64,000 bases of DNA from Bugula neritina (taxonomy: Eukaryota > Animalia > Bryozoa), in contig OZ037766.1 in NCBI GenBank assembly GCA_964035545.1, positions 930,001 to 994,000 on the forward strand, in the 5' to 3' direction. The notes beneath the pieces are model-generated. The model did not search any database, was not told the origin of the DNA, and saw only the letters and a program-made list of their open reading frames with translations. The translations under genes were made by a program, and so were the position numbers. Below, piece after piece: positions 11,224 to 26,816 of the stretch. Position 1 is the stretch's first letter. Each line of letters starts with the position of its first letter.

Positions 11224-11905
11224 GACACACTATTGATTTTACTCCAAGATTTCATTTCCTACAATCTTCATTAGAGTCTTAAGGTTCTGCTTTTCAAGTT
11301 TCAACAAAGAGTATAATATACTATGACTTTATTCTCAATATCTTAATAAGCAAAGAGCATTTATCTTATCTCTATAGAAAATCACTAAAATGTAGAAACT
11401 GGAAACTTTGTCAACCGGAGTGATTCTGGAAAGTGATGAGTGAGACACCCCTATGAAGAGGGACTAAAAGGGGGTGGATATACTAAAGGTGGAGATAGTT
11501 TCTTTAGAGTATAGGGGAGGCATTTATCATTGGTTTTGAAACCAGTGTAACTGTTTGAAAGAAATACATAACTTTAAAGAGTTTTTCGTTAGTTATTTAA
11601 GCTGTAGTTGCCCAACACACGAGCTTCTAGCAATAATTTTGATGAAAATATTTGATTTTAACAGCTCCTAAAAGAAAATAAATAAATTCATATTTTTATA
11701 ACCTGTGAACAGATAATTTAGAAAAAATAATATTCTTCTAAATGGTAGAGATTCATTTCTCCTAGTAATAAGGAAATCTGCTTAGCACAGTTAGAGACTA
11801 TATGCTGATTGAAAATCGTGTTAAATAAGGGGTATCCCATCGATTTATCATTACATAATACTATACAGGAAATTTGAGTCATGTCATATATATATGAGTC
11901 ACATT

Positions 11906-12273
11906 CTAGTAATAGCTGACACCTAGTAATAACTGACACCTAGTAATAGCTGACACCTAGTAATAACTGACACCTAGTGATAGCTGACACCTAGTAATAG
12001 TTGACTGCTATGACACTGATACCTAGTAATAGCTGACACCTAGTAGTAACTGACACCTAGTAATAGCTGACACCTAGTAATAGTTGACTGCTATGACACT
12101 GATACCTAGTAATAGTTGACACCTAGTAGTAACTGACACCTAGTAATAGCTAACACCTAGTAATAGTTGACTGCTATGACACTGATACCTAGTAATAGCT
12201 GACACCTAGTAGTAACTGACACCTAGTAATAGCTGACACCTAGTAATAGTTGACTGCTATGACACTGATACCT
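11906..12273. repeat. Minisatellite, 17-bp unit CTAGTAATAGCTGACAC with an 83-bp higher-order repeat
   Basis: Variant TTGACTGCTATGACACTGATACC recurs at 12001, 12084, 12167, 12250. Confidence 0.9.
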
Positions 12274-13533
12274 TGGTGACATCGTAACATGACATCATAA
12301 CATGACCAGGTGACACCATAATATGACATCATAATAGCAAACACCTTCAGTTAGTTCAACTACAATTAAACTGGTTCTAGCTAATTCAATATCGACGGTT
12401 TTTGAAAGAAAGGGGGAGCTGTGAGCTTGACTACTAGCAAATCAGTGACGTGATGATTTGGGAAACACCAACTATAATTTTAGTGACATTTTCCAAGCTG
12501 TACCAGGAAGTTTATAGAAAAGCAGCCATTTCTCAAGTAGAAAGCTACAGATATAGCAGCTTCCCCTCCACCACCCAAGGTAATACCAACAGAGCACTTG
12601 CCAGCACTTGTCATTATTCACATAAACAAGTGTACATTATTTTTTCATTCTAATACATTAATTGTAATAAACACTTTTGAGCCATCCTTATATGAAGATC
12701 TTCATATAATAGCAATCAAAACAATTATTAGCTAAATGTTGCTCAGTGCATCCTACCTATACGAAGGTGAAAAACAACTAAACTACGTATATATTATTCC
12801 GTCATAATAGTGGTTGGCCAAGGCGTGCCAACACTAAAATCTTGCATCTCTTTCATGCAGCATATCAAGTCACGAGCCCTTCACTAGCAACTACTCTTAT
12901 AAGTCCTGAGTATGCAAAATTATCCGGAATATTCCTTAGCAAGGGACGTGAACTAGGAGCAGGAAAAGCCAATATAGATAATTCTTTTTATTCAATTGTG
13001 GGTGAAAGAAAAATTTACATTTTCTGTCTGTTGAAAAGCTGACTTGATGAATGTGATGACCAGGTCAAATGAACTGTTTAGTCTGGAATCCAACTCTCCC
13101 GAGACTATCTCAGCTGAAGTGTCTTTTGTTTAGGAAATTGAAACATTATCAAAATGTTACACACATACCAATAACAGTTCCTGGAATTTGTAGAAAATAG
13201 ATATATGCTCTTATAGTGTGTATAGACTACAGCTTCTGTCTGAAAGTCAGCTATTGAATTATTCTCTCTGGCAGCAAAGGCAAGGCTGAGGGGGTGGAGG
13301 ATTACAGCTTTTTAAACATGTTACAATAAAAGTAAAATTACGGTGGAATAATTTTAACCTAAGCAAATGTTTTTAAAAGCTACCCACAATAATCGCCTTT
13401 AAAGTATGTTCTAATAGGCCTATTATTTTCGTGTTTAAAAAATGCAGCTACTAAATGTGCTGTATTTTAATACAAAACTAAAGGCAAACAGTATAGAGAT
13501 GAACGGGATGCCACATTATCTCCATGTCTTCCA

Positions 13534-13720
13534 CTTTAACATTCCACCCCCTTTAACATTCCACCTCCTTTAACATTCCACCCCTTTTAATATTCCACCC
13601 CTTTAACATTCCACCCCCTTTAACATTCCACCCCCTTTAATATTCCGCCTCTTGTAATATTCTACCCCCTTTAATATTCCACCACTTTAAAATTCCACCC
13701 CCTTTAATAATCCACCTCTT
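13534..13720. repeat. Minisatellite, 17-18-bp unit TTTAACATTCCACCCC(C)
   Basis: About 10 degenerate tandem copies. Confidence 0.85.
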
Positions 13721-16667
13721 ATAATATTTAGGTAGTTAACTTAGTTTAAATAATAGAAAACTTGGTGGTTATGAGAAATAAAACCAAACAAGACAAGTCT
13801 ATAAGCTTTTCTCTAGTTGAATACGTAGCCAAGTAAAGCTCAAATACCATCACAATAACAAATAGCAAGACTTGGTGTTTCAATCAGAGTTATAAAAGTA
13901 AACAAGGTACACAAAAAGATACAGTAACATCCTAAACTGTATCTAAATAAAGCTGAGAGATATACAAGGAGCACCTGCTCTTCTCTAATGAGTTCACATG
14001 TGTTGTACAACAAGCACCTGCGCAATGCCACAGCCTTCTCTGCCCCATCAGGGAAGGTTATATAAGAATGATGTAGAAGCTGGCATTTCACAGAGTAATG
14101 GTTATAGCAATCAACAGTTTATCTGTTTGCTCTACAACCACTACTTGCATTTAGTCTTGAACAAAACTAAATTCATTCTGGAGCGAAAAATTATTCACCA
14201 ACTTCACTTTATTGCTTTTTACTATAAGCTGAGTTTATTTGGGCTAGAAAACAGCAGCAGCCTACGCGTCTACACATATATTTAATATTACACAATATAT
14301 AATTCAGGAGAGTTGTACTGCTGAACCTATTATTTATTAATTAGTGATGAAATTAGGTTGTTCTTCCCAGCTACATGTGTGTATTAAGTATAAGTACATC
14401 TCATTTATGAATTAACAGTAATGAATAATTCAAATTGACACATTTGTTTACTAATTCAATAAACTGAAAGTTTGTCCATTTCGCATGTCATAAATGTCAA
14501 CAAAATAATTTTCTGCTTATAGTGAAAATTATTATTAATAAAACCTTGGGCTATATAGCTACTGTGTGGAAATATTATACGTTATACGTTATATACGCAT
14601 ACTTGAGCAGCTTTGACTCCGTCAAGCGCTGTTTCACTTGACTTGTGACCAAAACAAGTTTTCATGCCTCCACATACCAAAAACCTCACACCACATGACA
14701 CCAGGGCATCATATATTCCCAACTTATACCTGCAGACCCTCTAACATGCATGATTACCTCACAAATATTCCAGACAAACAGCCCTACCTAATCCACCTAT
14801 AATACTAGGTCCATAACAATAGTTTGATAATGTAATTGATTGAAGCTGATAATATCATGAACCATCTTGAATTCCATCTTTCCTTACTTTCATCACATTG
14901 CACAAGCAATTTGATAATGGAACTGCAAGTTAAAAAGGTGACCTACATATTTACCTTTACTAACACTTACACACTTTCAATTAATGCTAAAATATCGTTT
15001 CAAAATTCTATCAACACAAACACTACAAGAAAACTGCAATGCAATTGAGATGAACAATATTATTGTTACACTTCGGTTTTCAATATATCAGCAGTTGTGA
15101 TTTAAAGTTTTAAAAGAATAATAGCCGCACAGTATCATTATAACTGTTGTTGGTAACAGAATATCTGTATGATGACCAGCTAGCAAGTGGAACTACAATT
15201 GGAAGCCTGGTGGGCTCAGAATTAGCATTGCTGAGAGGGGAGAGGTATGCAGGGGTCAACAAAACGATTGTAGAAGAAGAAAAGGCTTAGCTCAAAGATT
15301 TCCTAACAAACAGGAAACATGAAATGGACACGTTAGAATACTGAAGTCGCCGCAAAGAGTTGCTTTTCACGTTTAAAAGGTGCAACTAGTAATCCAAAAA
15401 AACAATTATAAATGCAAATTTTCTTCAATCTGTTGAAAATATTCTGGTATAGCTACGATCTAAATTTTATCTTTAAGTATCATCTAAAATAGTAAAACAT
15501 GGTTTAAGGCTATAACAACACCACACAGCTTTCTATCTGTAAGACACTGCAACAATAAATGACTTTTCTTGTTATTTATGAGCTATAAAATATTCAAAGC
15601 AAAGGTTAAACTTAGTAGGTTGTTTTAAAGGTTCCATGAATAAATATATACATTTCTATTAGATTTTATAATTACATAATACCTTATGTTGAGCTTCTAA
15701 TTGAGCCTTTTATTTATAACAATTTCCAAGTTATTGCTCTCATGCTGAAATAAAGTTAATTACGAGTTAATTGTTTTACTGGATCTGAAGTAGATTAGAG
15801 TGACTCTCACATAAGCAAGCTTATATATCCCATAACTTTTTCCTATTTTAGAAACAACTATCAATCAATCAACGCCATAGATTACGCCTGATCTCTAAGC
15901 ACTATATTCGCAGTACATCTATAACTGCATTATAATTAGAAATCAACTTTCTATTTATACCTGACCACAAATCATTTACCCACTGAAGTTGCAAGCAAAG
16001 AGAAAATGGTTGAGATATCGAATTGTGGAGTTCAAACGAAGTTTACACAATCTCTATCAACTTACGGAAGTTTAAGAAATTGGAAATATAGAGATGTCAA
16101 TAAAACTTCTAACCCTTTGAAGCTAAGTTTATGTTATTTCAATTTTAATTTAATAGATTAAACTTTAAAATGAGAGCAATATATGCTCACAAAACCAACT
16201 CTTACAAAGTTTCAAGTTGCTGAATAACATTTTTCTTGCAAATTAGAATTCTTCCAAAGAACTACATTTTGTATCAACTAGCTGCCATGGAGCCAAGTAT
16301 TTTCTAGAAACTACTCGAACAGGACATAGTCATTAGATTGCTGCAGGAGCAGGAAAGAACATTCACTGAGGCTGACTATAGTAACTTACTCAGTTCCCAT
16401 GTGGTTAGACACTGATCATATTGCTTCAACTCACAAATCCAATTAACCATTTTAGTGATTAGCCTTTGACATTTCACAATAACACATAATAACATCAATA
16501 AGTTAAAGTGTTTTATAACTGAAATATACTTTGCTGAACGAAAACAATAGATGTTTTACTTGAGCGTTTAATTGAATTAATATTTGACAAGCCGAGTTGA
16601 TTCAATATTTAGACAAAAAATCCTTAGCGAGTAGTTACACTACGACTACTATACACGGAGGAATCAC

Positions 16668-16846
16668 CTGGAATCCGAATGGGGGTGAGTGGAGGTAAGA
16701 TTGTTGTTGGTTGACGGGCCATGAGACAGAGCATGTGCGTGCCGTTGTTTCGGGTTCAGATAGTTGATGTGAGGAGACGCCCCAGACAAATATCCATGTC
16801 CATTCCCCTCTAGATAGTCTCCCGCGCCAGCCATTGCAACCTCCAT
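16668..16846 (-). CDS. Shaker: Kv1 first coding exon A (MEVAMAGAGDYLEGNGHGYLS...HPHSDSR), probable N-type inactivation peptide
   Basis: ATG at 16846, 59 codons + 2 nt, donor AG|GTGATT (GT 16667-16666); phase 2 matches the acceptor at 1953. MEVAMAG..EGNG resembles the Aplysia Kv1.1 N-terminus. Confidence 0.9.
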
Positions 16847-19800
16847 TCTCAAGTTGCTGTCTTTAAATTTTGAGCTTATCTATTTTTGAACATCGCACTC
16901 TTTGATGTCGGACAAAGAAGGTGATTCAACTAATTTGAGTGCACGACAGTTGAACTGTGTTCAGTACACACTGCATCCCTACCCTATGCTGAATAGCTGC
17001 TACGATGCATTGTTGAAAGGCTAGCGATGGGCAGAAGTTGCGTAGACATTCCTGCATTCCGCACAACCTCAATCATTAGCCGTAATGATCTGAGCTTTCA
17101 CGAAGAGTTGCGGTCGGTCACGTGGATATTCTTTAATATAAACAATTGATTTAAGCTCGCATATTCATCAATATCGTATTAGGTGCGCGTAAGGGTTTTC
17201 TAATAGCATACAGAGTTATGCTCCCTGATGATGTGAGCCAATAGTGCTATAATAATTATTATACTAGTAACTAGTAATGGTAGCTACAATAATGGGCAAT
17301 CAAGATGGTCAAACATTACGATATGCAATCAATGAGAAATCAGATGCTGCAATACATGCAGGGTTTTATGTTTTCGTTAACCTGCTAAGCTAGATTGAAC
17401 ACAAATAGCACTTATTTAGTGCAAAGTATACCTAACAGTTGAAATCTTTCAAAAAGTGCTTTACTTGGGTAACTGTAACTGATATTTTTAAATAAATTTT
17501 TTCTTTAAGAAAACAGCTCTGTAAGTCATGCTGTATAACTGCTTTGGGTGTCAGAAAGTCATAGAGCAGAGGCTAAACAATAGCAACATGAGAGAAGATG
17601 ACTCCACGATTAGGAGTTTCCTATGCCAGTATAATGCTATACTATAATTCTATACTATAGTGCTATACTAATATAGTGCTATACTAATATAGTGCTATAC
17701 TATAGCAATATATTACGGTGCTATATAATGCCATGCAAACCTGTGCTCACACATACACATGGCATATTACCTGATATATGTAAATCAATATTCTTTGTCA
17801 ACAAAAACAATAATGAATAAACAGCCTTTTATCTAGCTATTGTCTAATTCTCACCTATCTCTGCTTTGTCCTGTTTGACTAGCAGGTATCTAGCTTGTCT
17901 AATGTCGACTATATACTAATATATACTTGTATCGTAGAAGATAACTCCAATAGATCAGGAATATTTACAAAGTAATTTTGTTAAGTGACTTAAGTAGCAT
18001 TTGAAAACAATATTCAATTTTTAGGAATAGTTTTTCGATAATCTGTAAAATGTTGAACCTAAGTTATAAATTATAATATATAGCAGTTGTGTGAGAGAGC
18101 TAGTTGTAAATTGTCTAAATACCACGTAACCTAGTCTAATAAACTATAAAACTTATAGCTGCTAGGCCTAGCAGGGTCTCTATACATGCACCAACTCAAT
18201 TCTATAAACACATCACTGAGTTCTATTCTTTTAGGCAAATATAATTCTAAAAATATTGTTTTCTAGACAAATTTTTAAATTAGATCTGCTACAAGTGCAA
18301 CTGTACAAGAAATTCTGCATAAAATTTCTACAACTAAATTTGAGATATTAAATGAAATATTTTTGTAGTACTATTTGTTATCAGTACGCTATTAAAATAC
18401 AAAAGAATTCTTATGACTTATCTATAATAATGGAGGGAGTTTATATATATTACAAAAATCATTATTCCTAAAAATGAAATTTGTCAAGTTTTACAAAATG
18501 GTAACATCTTAATTTAAAAATCTGGTACTTTAGAATACATCTTATAGAAGCAAATATAAGGTTTAATAGCATTTACTACTACACAGTATTATGATCAGTG
18601 GGCATGCATACAACTTCAGGTTGTTATAGTTGAAACAAACAACAATACATCTTGCTGACTTGCTGACCTTGCTTAGTATGTATAATAAACATGTAAAAAC
18701 GAATCAATTTCTCTTGCATACAATTACTACAACAGAGTGTGAAGTTCCATGATTTCTGTAAGAGTAGAAGCTGTAATTAAGCTGAAATTTGATTGGCTAG
18801 ACAACTGTTTACAACTTATCAGTTGAATACAATACGTATTACGTAGTCAGCACCTACGGGCATCTAAATGCGGCAGCTCGCAATCACTTTGCTGTACTAT
18901 TAATTAATGGGCAACTCAGACTGCAAAGAATAAAGTTTGTTGTTTCAACTCTCTCCTTAAAAGTCACCTTAAAAGCTTTAAGTTTGTTTTTCGTGGTTCA
19001 AAAGCTTCTTTCAGAGCAATAAGTAAAACTAACATCCTCTGCATTTGCTTTACCTGCGGAGAAAGTCTATTAGCCATTGATGTAGGATATTTCTGAGTGG
19101 TTAATTAGAATCAAGGCAATGTTTAATAATAGATTTATGTTGCACTGCATTCAGCAAAGTAGTTGAAATTAGTGAAATTACAGAGAAAAGTGCCTAAGCT
19201 ATGGAATACAAATAATTAATAAAAGGGATTATTCAAGCCTATAAACAAGGCTGTTTCCATCAGCTAATACCTCTATGTATGCTGTTGAGAACAGCTTTAA
19301 CTTATTGGAAGAACTGAACTTATAAAAAGTCTATCCGACTTTCCACGGCGTTGAGTCAATTATATAACTTTTAAGGCTCAGTAAAACTTTTTCAGCTGAA
19401 AGATGAACTTTTGAGAGATAAAAAAGTCTCTACACCGATTTGGGAATTCCCACTGAAAGCAACTCAAAGACGAGGCAGCATTTGTTTAGAAAGGTTTTTG
19501 TGGCTGAAGTTTCTTGTATATTGAATATAGGCATGGTCTGTAAACACATTACATATGCCAGACTACACTTTTATTACCTGACTCTTCTAGTTTGGCAGGT
19601 ATTTAGCTGTGAAGTTTGCAGAACCTATATTCTCCCCTCAACTAGTATTCGAGTTGACTATATAGCCATGAAACCTTCACAGACCGAGCATGTATAACCT
19701 AATGGGAATTTTATGTTTAAGAATGTCAGAACATATTATTAAAATATTTTATACTTCATTATGTTTGAGAAATTGTACTAGAAATATAGTTTAAATTTGT

Positions 19801-22800
19801 ATAAAATAATTTTGCAATTTGAAACATAATTTTCTATTTTAGAAAAAGCTTTTTTGGAACTAAATAAAGTTTAAAGTGCAACTGTGGCAAAACTATGAAG
19901 TCTTTAATTTTGCAGTCTATATATGGCATTGCTAAAATGTGCATAAATTGGCAATTTTATAAAAATAAGTAAATAGTTTGAATGTATAATGAATTATGTT
20001 TCTCACATGCATCATACGAAAAGTCGGTTGCCAAGTAGGATTGTGAGTGTTAAGCAACTTTAGTGTAAGTGTTGAAGCTAATGTAAGTGTTGGAGCTAAT
20101 GTAAGTTCAGCTAATAAGAGGAAGCGCAGCTAATGATTTCTTTAGTTTTCCGAAGTTGGTTGAATAATCAAATTATATGACAATGAACAGCGCTGATTGT
20201 ATATAGACTGAGAACTATCCACAATTACTGAGTGTTTTGCAGCCTCAGCCTACATGATTAGTAAATAATGTGACCAGGGCTTGATATTATGGCTAATAGG
20301 TTATTCCATAGAGTATAAATTAGCCCTAAACATCCAAAACATGGAAATGTGTGAATTCTCTGTAGTGGAAAAACATGTTAATAATGCTATTAGCAGTTAA
20401 CTGATGTATGTAGAGGTTTTCAACCTTGTCAAATGAGGGCTAATGCTTCTTAGCTTTTAGAAAAAAATATCATACGGTTTTCTTTTTTTATATAATATTT
20501 TTTAATAATTATGGCCACACGAAAAGAAGTCTACATGAGACAAATGGTTGCAACTTTGAGTTGGTGTTGTCACATTGAGTACTGGAGGTGAAGAATATAT
20601 GTTAAAAGAAAACTGAGGGCTCAGATAGAGTAGTAATTTGTTGTACTGCAACACAAAAAGTGTGACAGTATTAATAGGTGAATAATATAGCAGAAAAAAG
20701 TTGTACTGAATTGCATAGAAAAAGTAGTGTCGGTGATATAAATAGTTGACTAACAGAAACACACATCAACACTACAACAGAATATATGATAAACATTTTT
20801 TTTCTTAAAGCTACAGGACTGTCTACATGTCACTTTAGAACACAAAAACAGCAGCAATCTGAACAGGTGCCCAGACACCATCCTAACATCAAACTCTCCT
20901 TTCTGTAGGCATCACTAGCATTTAGCGTAATTGTGTGACATTTTTACCTTCTCAAAGGAAGAGTTTTAAATAGAATAATACAAACTCTCAGAGGGCTGTA
21001 GAACAATAGATGTTTATAGGATATCATAATTGATAACTGATCAAAGTGAGTTGAAATTCATTCGTATAACTACATCATACATAAGTAATGGAAACAATGT
21101 CAAACATATGATTAAAAGTTGACCATCTAACTATATAACAGACCGACAGGCTTCTGTGCTTACTTGCAGTGAATGAAAAACTTTTCATCTTTCATTGAGT
21201 TGGTTTTAGTGAATGTACTTTAGAAAGGACTTTGTGACTGAGACTTTTATGGTAATTAGAAATGTTGAAATGTAGGCCATTTACCTTGTACAGAGTCATG
21301 TGACCAACAGAAGGAGACTTACCAACATACACCGGCTGGTGTCTAACAAATTGTAACTAACAATTTCCTTGAAAGTCTATCAACTGAATTCAATAGAAAA
21401 TAAGCTTCATGAATTGAAACTATATTATATCATTGTATTACTAGAAAATAATCTGTACCCTTGACTCTACTGACCACACTATGATTGTGTCTAACAATTT
21501 AGTGTCAGACAATATGGTGTCTGACAAGAAAGTGTCGAAACATATAATGTGGGAAACAGATATGGACATACAGTCAGTAACATAGGGTTGTACTTGTTTG
21601 GAATTAAAGATAACAGTTCCAACATACACAGCTCAATCTGATTGAGTCAACCACAAAGTGATGATGAAGGAGAGTGAAGCAATATTCTACCAAACCCCAA
21701 CACACTTAATAAATAAAAATAAAAGTAAACATTACAGGACATTTCCTGTAGTGAACAACCAGTTGAAAGCGAAAATGATATACTTATATTTCAAAACCAA
21801 TAATCTTTAATTTGACTATAAAAGCATAAATTTGCGAGTAATAGCCTACTAGAAAAAAGTATGTAAAAATATTCTGTCTACATTTCATTAATTAAATGCA
21901 TTCGTATACCTGTAACGAGGTTACTAATAGAATGTGTGTAAGACTTAATTTGTTTCAAATTGAAATTTACAAAACATTTAAGCAACACTTATTTTCCTTT
22001 ACAGCAACTAATTTAAATGTATTATTTAAATTTATTGTTGTAATTGTTACTGATTGTGCAGATACTTTCATATATAATATTGCTACAAAGCAACTTTAAG
22101 TTTTGATACAAATTTGGAACAAAGTGATGAAACTCACAAACTGTCGAGCAAAGTGAAAACTGTAGCCATAATTTATGGTGAAACTTCAGCTGTAACTGTA
22201 CTGGGGCATTCTGTACTAACTCCTTCTTCAGTGAAACCTATCTCTATGTCCTCCAACTAGTATAGCTCATGATGCAATATTTACTCAAACTCAAAACCGA
22301 CAATATATAAGGAAGTTCGTATTCTCCACTCTATGACACACGAGCACAGAGTCAGCTTTCTTATGCTGCCTTAGTCGGTACTGATACTCTATCAATCAAA
22401 GCGATAATTGCAGATATACTGTTATCGGCAATTCAATACCTTTATCAAATATTCATAGTGTACGTTGGCAGCAAATAGCAGGTGAAGCTAACATCAGCTA
22501 CTCCTTAGCTAATACAAGCTGAGTTATCCATCATTGTACCTGGGATCTTATCAACTTGCCAGTTGGGCTCCTATAGACAGCCCCCAACTATCCTTATAAA
22601 CACCTTAGTCTATTTCATTGCTCTTTGTAAGGCTTGTAGTGAATCAATATTATTGATCAGTAGAATATGTAACCTGTCTCTCTTTACCCCAGTGATATCT
22701 CACTGCAATGACATCTAGTAGTGATATAGAAGAGGTTTTAGAGCTCCTTGTCATGCGTGAGTAAATGTTATTATAACTACTTATGCATTGTTGACAGCTA

Positions 22801-22845
22801 TTTATCAGGTAATGAGGCACTTCACACATCATATACAAACTTACT

Positions 22846-23085
22846 TACTATCCCTTATCACCTTTATATAGATGTATATATACTCTCTTACTATCCCTTA
22901 TATCCTTTATATAGATTTATATATACTCTCTAACTATCCCTCATCACCTTTATATAGATGTATATATACTCTCTTACTATCCCTTATCACCTTTATATAG
23001 ATGTATATATACTCTCTTACTATCCCCTATCACCTTTATATAGATGTGTATATACTCTTTTACTATCCCTTATCACCTTTATATA
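22846..23085. repeat. Minisatellite, ~42-bp unit TACTATCCCTTATCACCTTTATATAGATGTATATATACTCTCT
   Basis: About 5-6 tandem copies. Confidence 0.88.
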
Positions 23086-23922
23086 GGTGTGTGTATTTGC
23101 AATATTATTTATATTTATATATATATTAAAAGTTCAAGATTTTAATCAATTCTAGTGAGAGTCTTATACTGGTAAACTAACTCATTATCAACGAGTTTGT
23201 CAACCTAACGAGAGGAGAGGGCTCACAAATGCCGTAAGCTTCTAAATTCTACCCTACAAATCCAGTCTGCATTGTATATGTCACAAATTCCGTTAATTAC
23301 TTTATTGATTGGCCTAACGAAATTACTTGTATTACGTATAATTTCTACCGAAGTAAGTGAAATAACCTCGACTCTAACAATTCACAGATATATCAGCTCA
23401 CTCTATAACGGATGATAATTATGAAACCCGATATAACTGTACATTATAGAATAAATCACATCTCAACACAATATGCAGTGCCAAGCGGAACAGAGACATT
23501 ACAGAACTACATTTCCTTTTACTCTATATTATATTGAATATGCAAACAGTTTTATAGATTCTTGTTACAACTGAATTGAATATCAATGCTTGTTACAATT
23601 ATGCTTATGTGGAGTTATCTTTTCTTTTCAATTCATCATGAGCTTGTAACAGAATTGCTATAGCTAAGGTTTCTCTAGCTGCACGCTGCTACCTGAACAG
23701 AACAGAGCCGAGATAGGTAAGAGTGGAATTTTCTATACCTTCACATGTATGAAAGCCAATCAGTATAAAAGGTTACCGTAATTTATTTAATTTTTCAAAA
23801 ATAAAATTTCTATTTGGGGTACAATTGAAAGATGTATTTAAATTCAAACATCCCTTCAGTGAGTTTTAAGACAAAATATGTTATTATATATTTTTTATTA
23901 ACGCCATGCTACAGTTTTGTTC

Positions 23923-24107
23923 TGCTACTGCTACTACTACTGCTACTGCTACTGCTACTGCTACTGCTACTGCTACTGCTACTGCTACTGCTACTGCTAC
24001 TGCTACTGCTACTGCTACTGCTACTGCTGCTGCTACTGCTGCTACTGCTACTGCTACTACTGCTACTTCTGCTACTTCTGCTGTTACTGCTACTGCTACT
24101 GCTGCTG
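23923..24107. repeat. (GCTACT)n microsatellite
   Basis: Directly visible; source of the poly-L, AT and CY ORFs. Confidence 0.95.
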
Positions 24108-26816
24108 TTAATACCACAAGTGTAATATAACTACTAAGAATATTACTGATATGCTACCCAAACTATTGAGAAACTGCATTTTTAAGAGTTTTCTTTTCTT
24201 GAACAATTCCATTTGCCTAAATTAATTTTTAACTTTTACAGGAAAGAGAACCAAAAGAGAACCTGTATATATGCCAGTTGTCATGGTTACAGTAGCTAGA
24301 GGCTACCAAATAAAAGTATTTACCATCTAAAATATACTACAAAAGATGAACGCAGCAACTGGAATACTCCAGAATGTCCCTCATACATTTACGTGAGATC
24401 ATCCAGTCATCTTTAAAATTTGAACAAATAAACATTTTTATTTCTCCCTTTGTTTCAAAACTTAACAGCACTTTTGATAGTCTAAAATATAATATGGTAA
24501 TAATGACTGGAGCCTGTATGATAATGATATGCTTATATAAACTACAACTGGGATAGAATGTAGAAGTGTAATATACTTTATATTGCTGAGTTGTTCCCAC
24601 TGCATCTATTGTAAATGATTATTTTTACTGCTTCAATGCTGGGGATCAAGTACCAAATACAAAATAGATATTTTCATTCCGCTTGTGAATAATGCTGTAT
24701 AATGTACAGTACAAGATGATGCCTTATGCTTTTAGTGTACATACAGTGTACATAAGTATATATACTCTGTATATACAGGGTAAATACAGTACAAACTGAT
24801 GGAAACAATTAGTGGGAGAACATTAGTTTAACACCCACTACAAATATCCACATACTTCTACTGACAATCTAATAACTAATTACTATAAGATTATGTAATG
24901 GTATAATCTTATAATTTAATAAATGCCTCGCTTCTCTCAAGTAATTATTCCTACTTTCAGCTGTAATGTTATTACTTCTACTCAACATGTGGGATTTTAC
25001 AAGTTGCTGTAAATGTTTTTAGGTGTTATCTCCACCACCAGGAAATCAACTGATCTTAGTTTCCAATGCATTTAGTTGTTCATGTAAAACATCATGGTAG
25101 TTATATCACAGTACTGTAGCTATATCGTGGTGGTAGGAGTACTACTGCTTGGTAACACATTCCTATAAGCACAGCTCATGCTATACTAACAGAAGTGACA
25201 CACTTGATTTTCAATTAGTGTTTATAAAAGAAGCAAAGAACCAGATTTGTATTTCTCTACACTAACTTATAGAACACAGTCTAGGTAGAAGTCAGCAAAA
25301 TGACGATTCTACTAAAGAATATTGTAACATCAAAGTCATAATGAATGTACCAGCAAAAACCACATCAAATTATAGATTGGAGTTTTTGTATCATTTGAAT
25401 CAAAGTGGATGCAAACACAATGCACAAAAACTGTTCACCTGCATAACGAAATGTTCTATAACCATCACCTTGCATTTAGTTACAGTAGCAGAAAAACCTC
25501 TATATAGTCAAGTTTTCAAATGTCCTAATCTGTTTTGGTTTGGGGCACGAGTAGAAAACCTCGTAAGAACATATTATTAGCTTGATAATGTATGATAAAT
25601 GAGAGGAGGAGGGGGGGGGTGTGAGCACACCCATATTCAAAGTGACATCCTTATACTGGACAGCAAACTAGTTTTGAGAGATGAAACTAAACCTAAATAG
25701 AACATGAGATGCAGAGCAACTGCTATGGAAAAGAGGAATGAATTTAGAGAAGTTTCTAGCAGCCTTAGATATATAACTTTGCCCCACTCTGGTATAGCTG
25801 CAGTTTGTTGCTAATGAGAAAAACAAGAGGCGACTAAACTAGTTCCATTAGTAGTCTGAAGTGAATGTGATTGCAGTTGCTTTAACTGCAAGGTGAGACA
25901 ATCCTTCAAGAATGTGTGAGAACTTGAGAATGTCAGAGTTGTCTGGAGTAGCACTTAGTTGGAACTTGGACTGACTTAAACCGACTCTATGCCATTAGAA
26001 TAATTCTTTTCTTTCCTAACTATCTAGTTCTTGGGTTGGATAGGCCCCAAAACATAAACTACTTAAAAAATTACAATGAACTATTTTAAATTTAAATAAG
26101 GACTCAGCACATTTACCTAAAGATGTCTAGTGTATTGAACACTGAGTGTAGCTGCGTATCAACCTAACTGGTAGTTAGTGAATAGAGATCTCATTGAGTA
26201 ACTATATCTGCTCTACTTATAGTTTCTACAAATTACTAGCTCTCATTCTAAATATACTTTCAATCGTATACATGACTCAGTATACAACACTATAAATAGT
26301 ATAAGTTGATGGAAGCAAATCTTAGTGAAAATAAAGTGAATTTATGCAATGCCTGGATGTAAAACAGAACAAACATGCAAATAATGGTTAAGGAGTTGTT
26401 GGCCCCAAAGTTATGCAAACTTTCTATAATCTAAAAGTAACACAACCTTTTTATCAGAGTAAACATCCACAGAGAAGTAGACTGTACCTACAGCTTCTAG
26501 TTGCACCTACACACATGTATGTTACTTTTACTAGTTAATTGATAAGAAAGCAACTAATTTAGCTTCAGATCTAAACCCTGTTTACAAGTAGAAATTGTAA
26601 GATCATAAACTAAAACTCAACAAGTTTTTCAATCAAGTCTGTTAAAAACAAACAGTTGAGAATCCACAGGCATATTATGTGCTCGTAAATAAAGCTCTCG
26701 TTGATATAGATTCAAAACTTGCGCCTAAGTTTATTGAATTCCAATAATATAGATTGCTCTCACAGCTGATTTGCTGAACTGAGCAGCCAATAGAATTGAC
26801 TGACACAAACACATAC

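Noticed and set aside
16390-16400. Tiny phase-2 ATG...GTAAG candidates (MGTE here; MKDEKFFIHCK near 21164-21195) as further Kv1 first exons
   Set aside because: Very short or AT-rich with no Kv-like character; expected by chance in 30 kb of intron.
23832-24130. Poly-L, poly-AV, poly-AT and poly-CY ORFs (likewise 39148-39615 and 61776-62414)
   Set aside because: Microsatellite translations.
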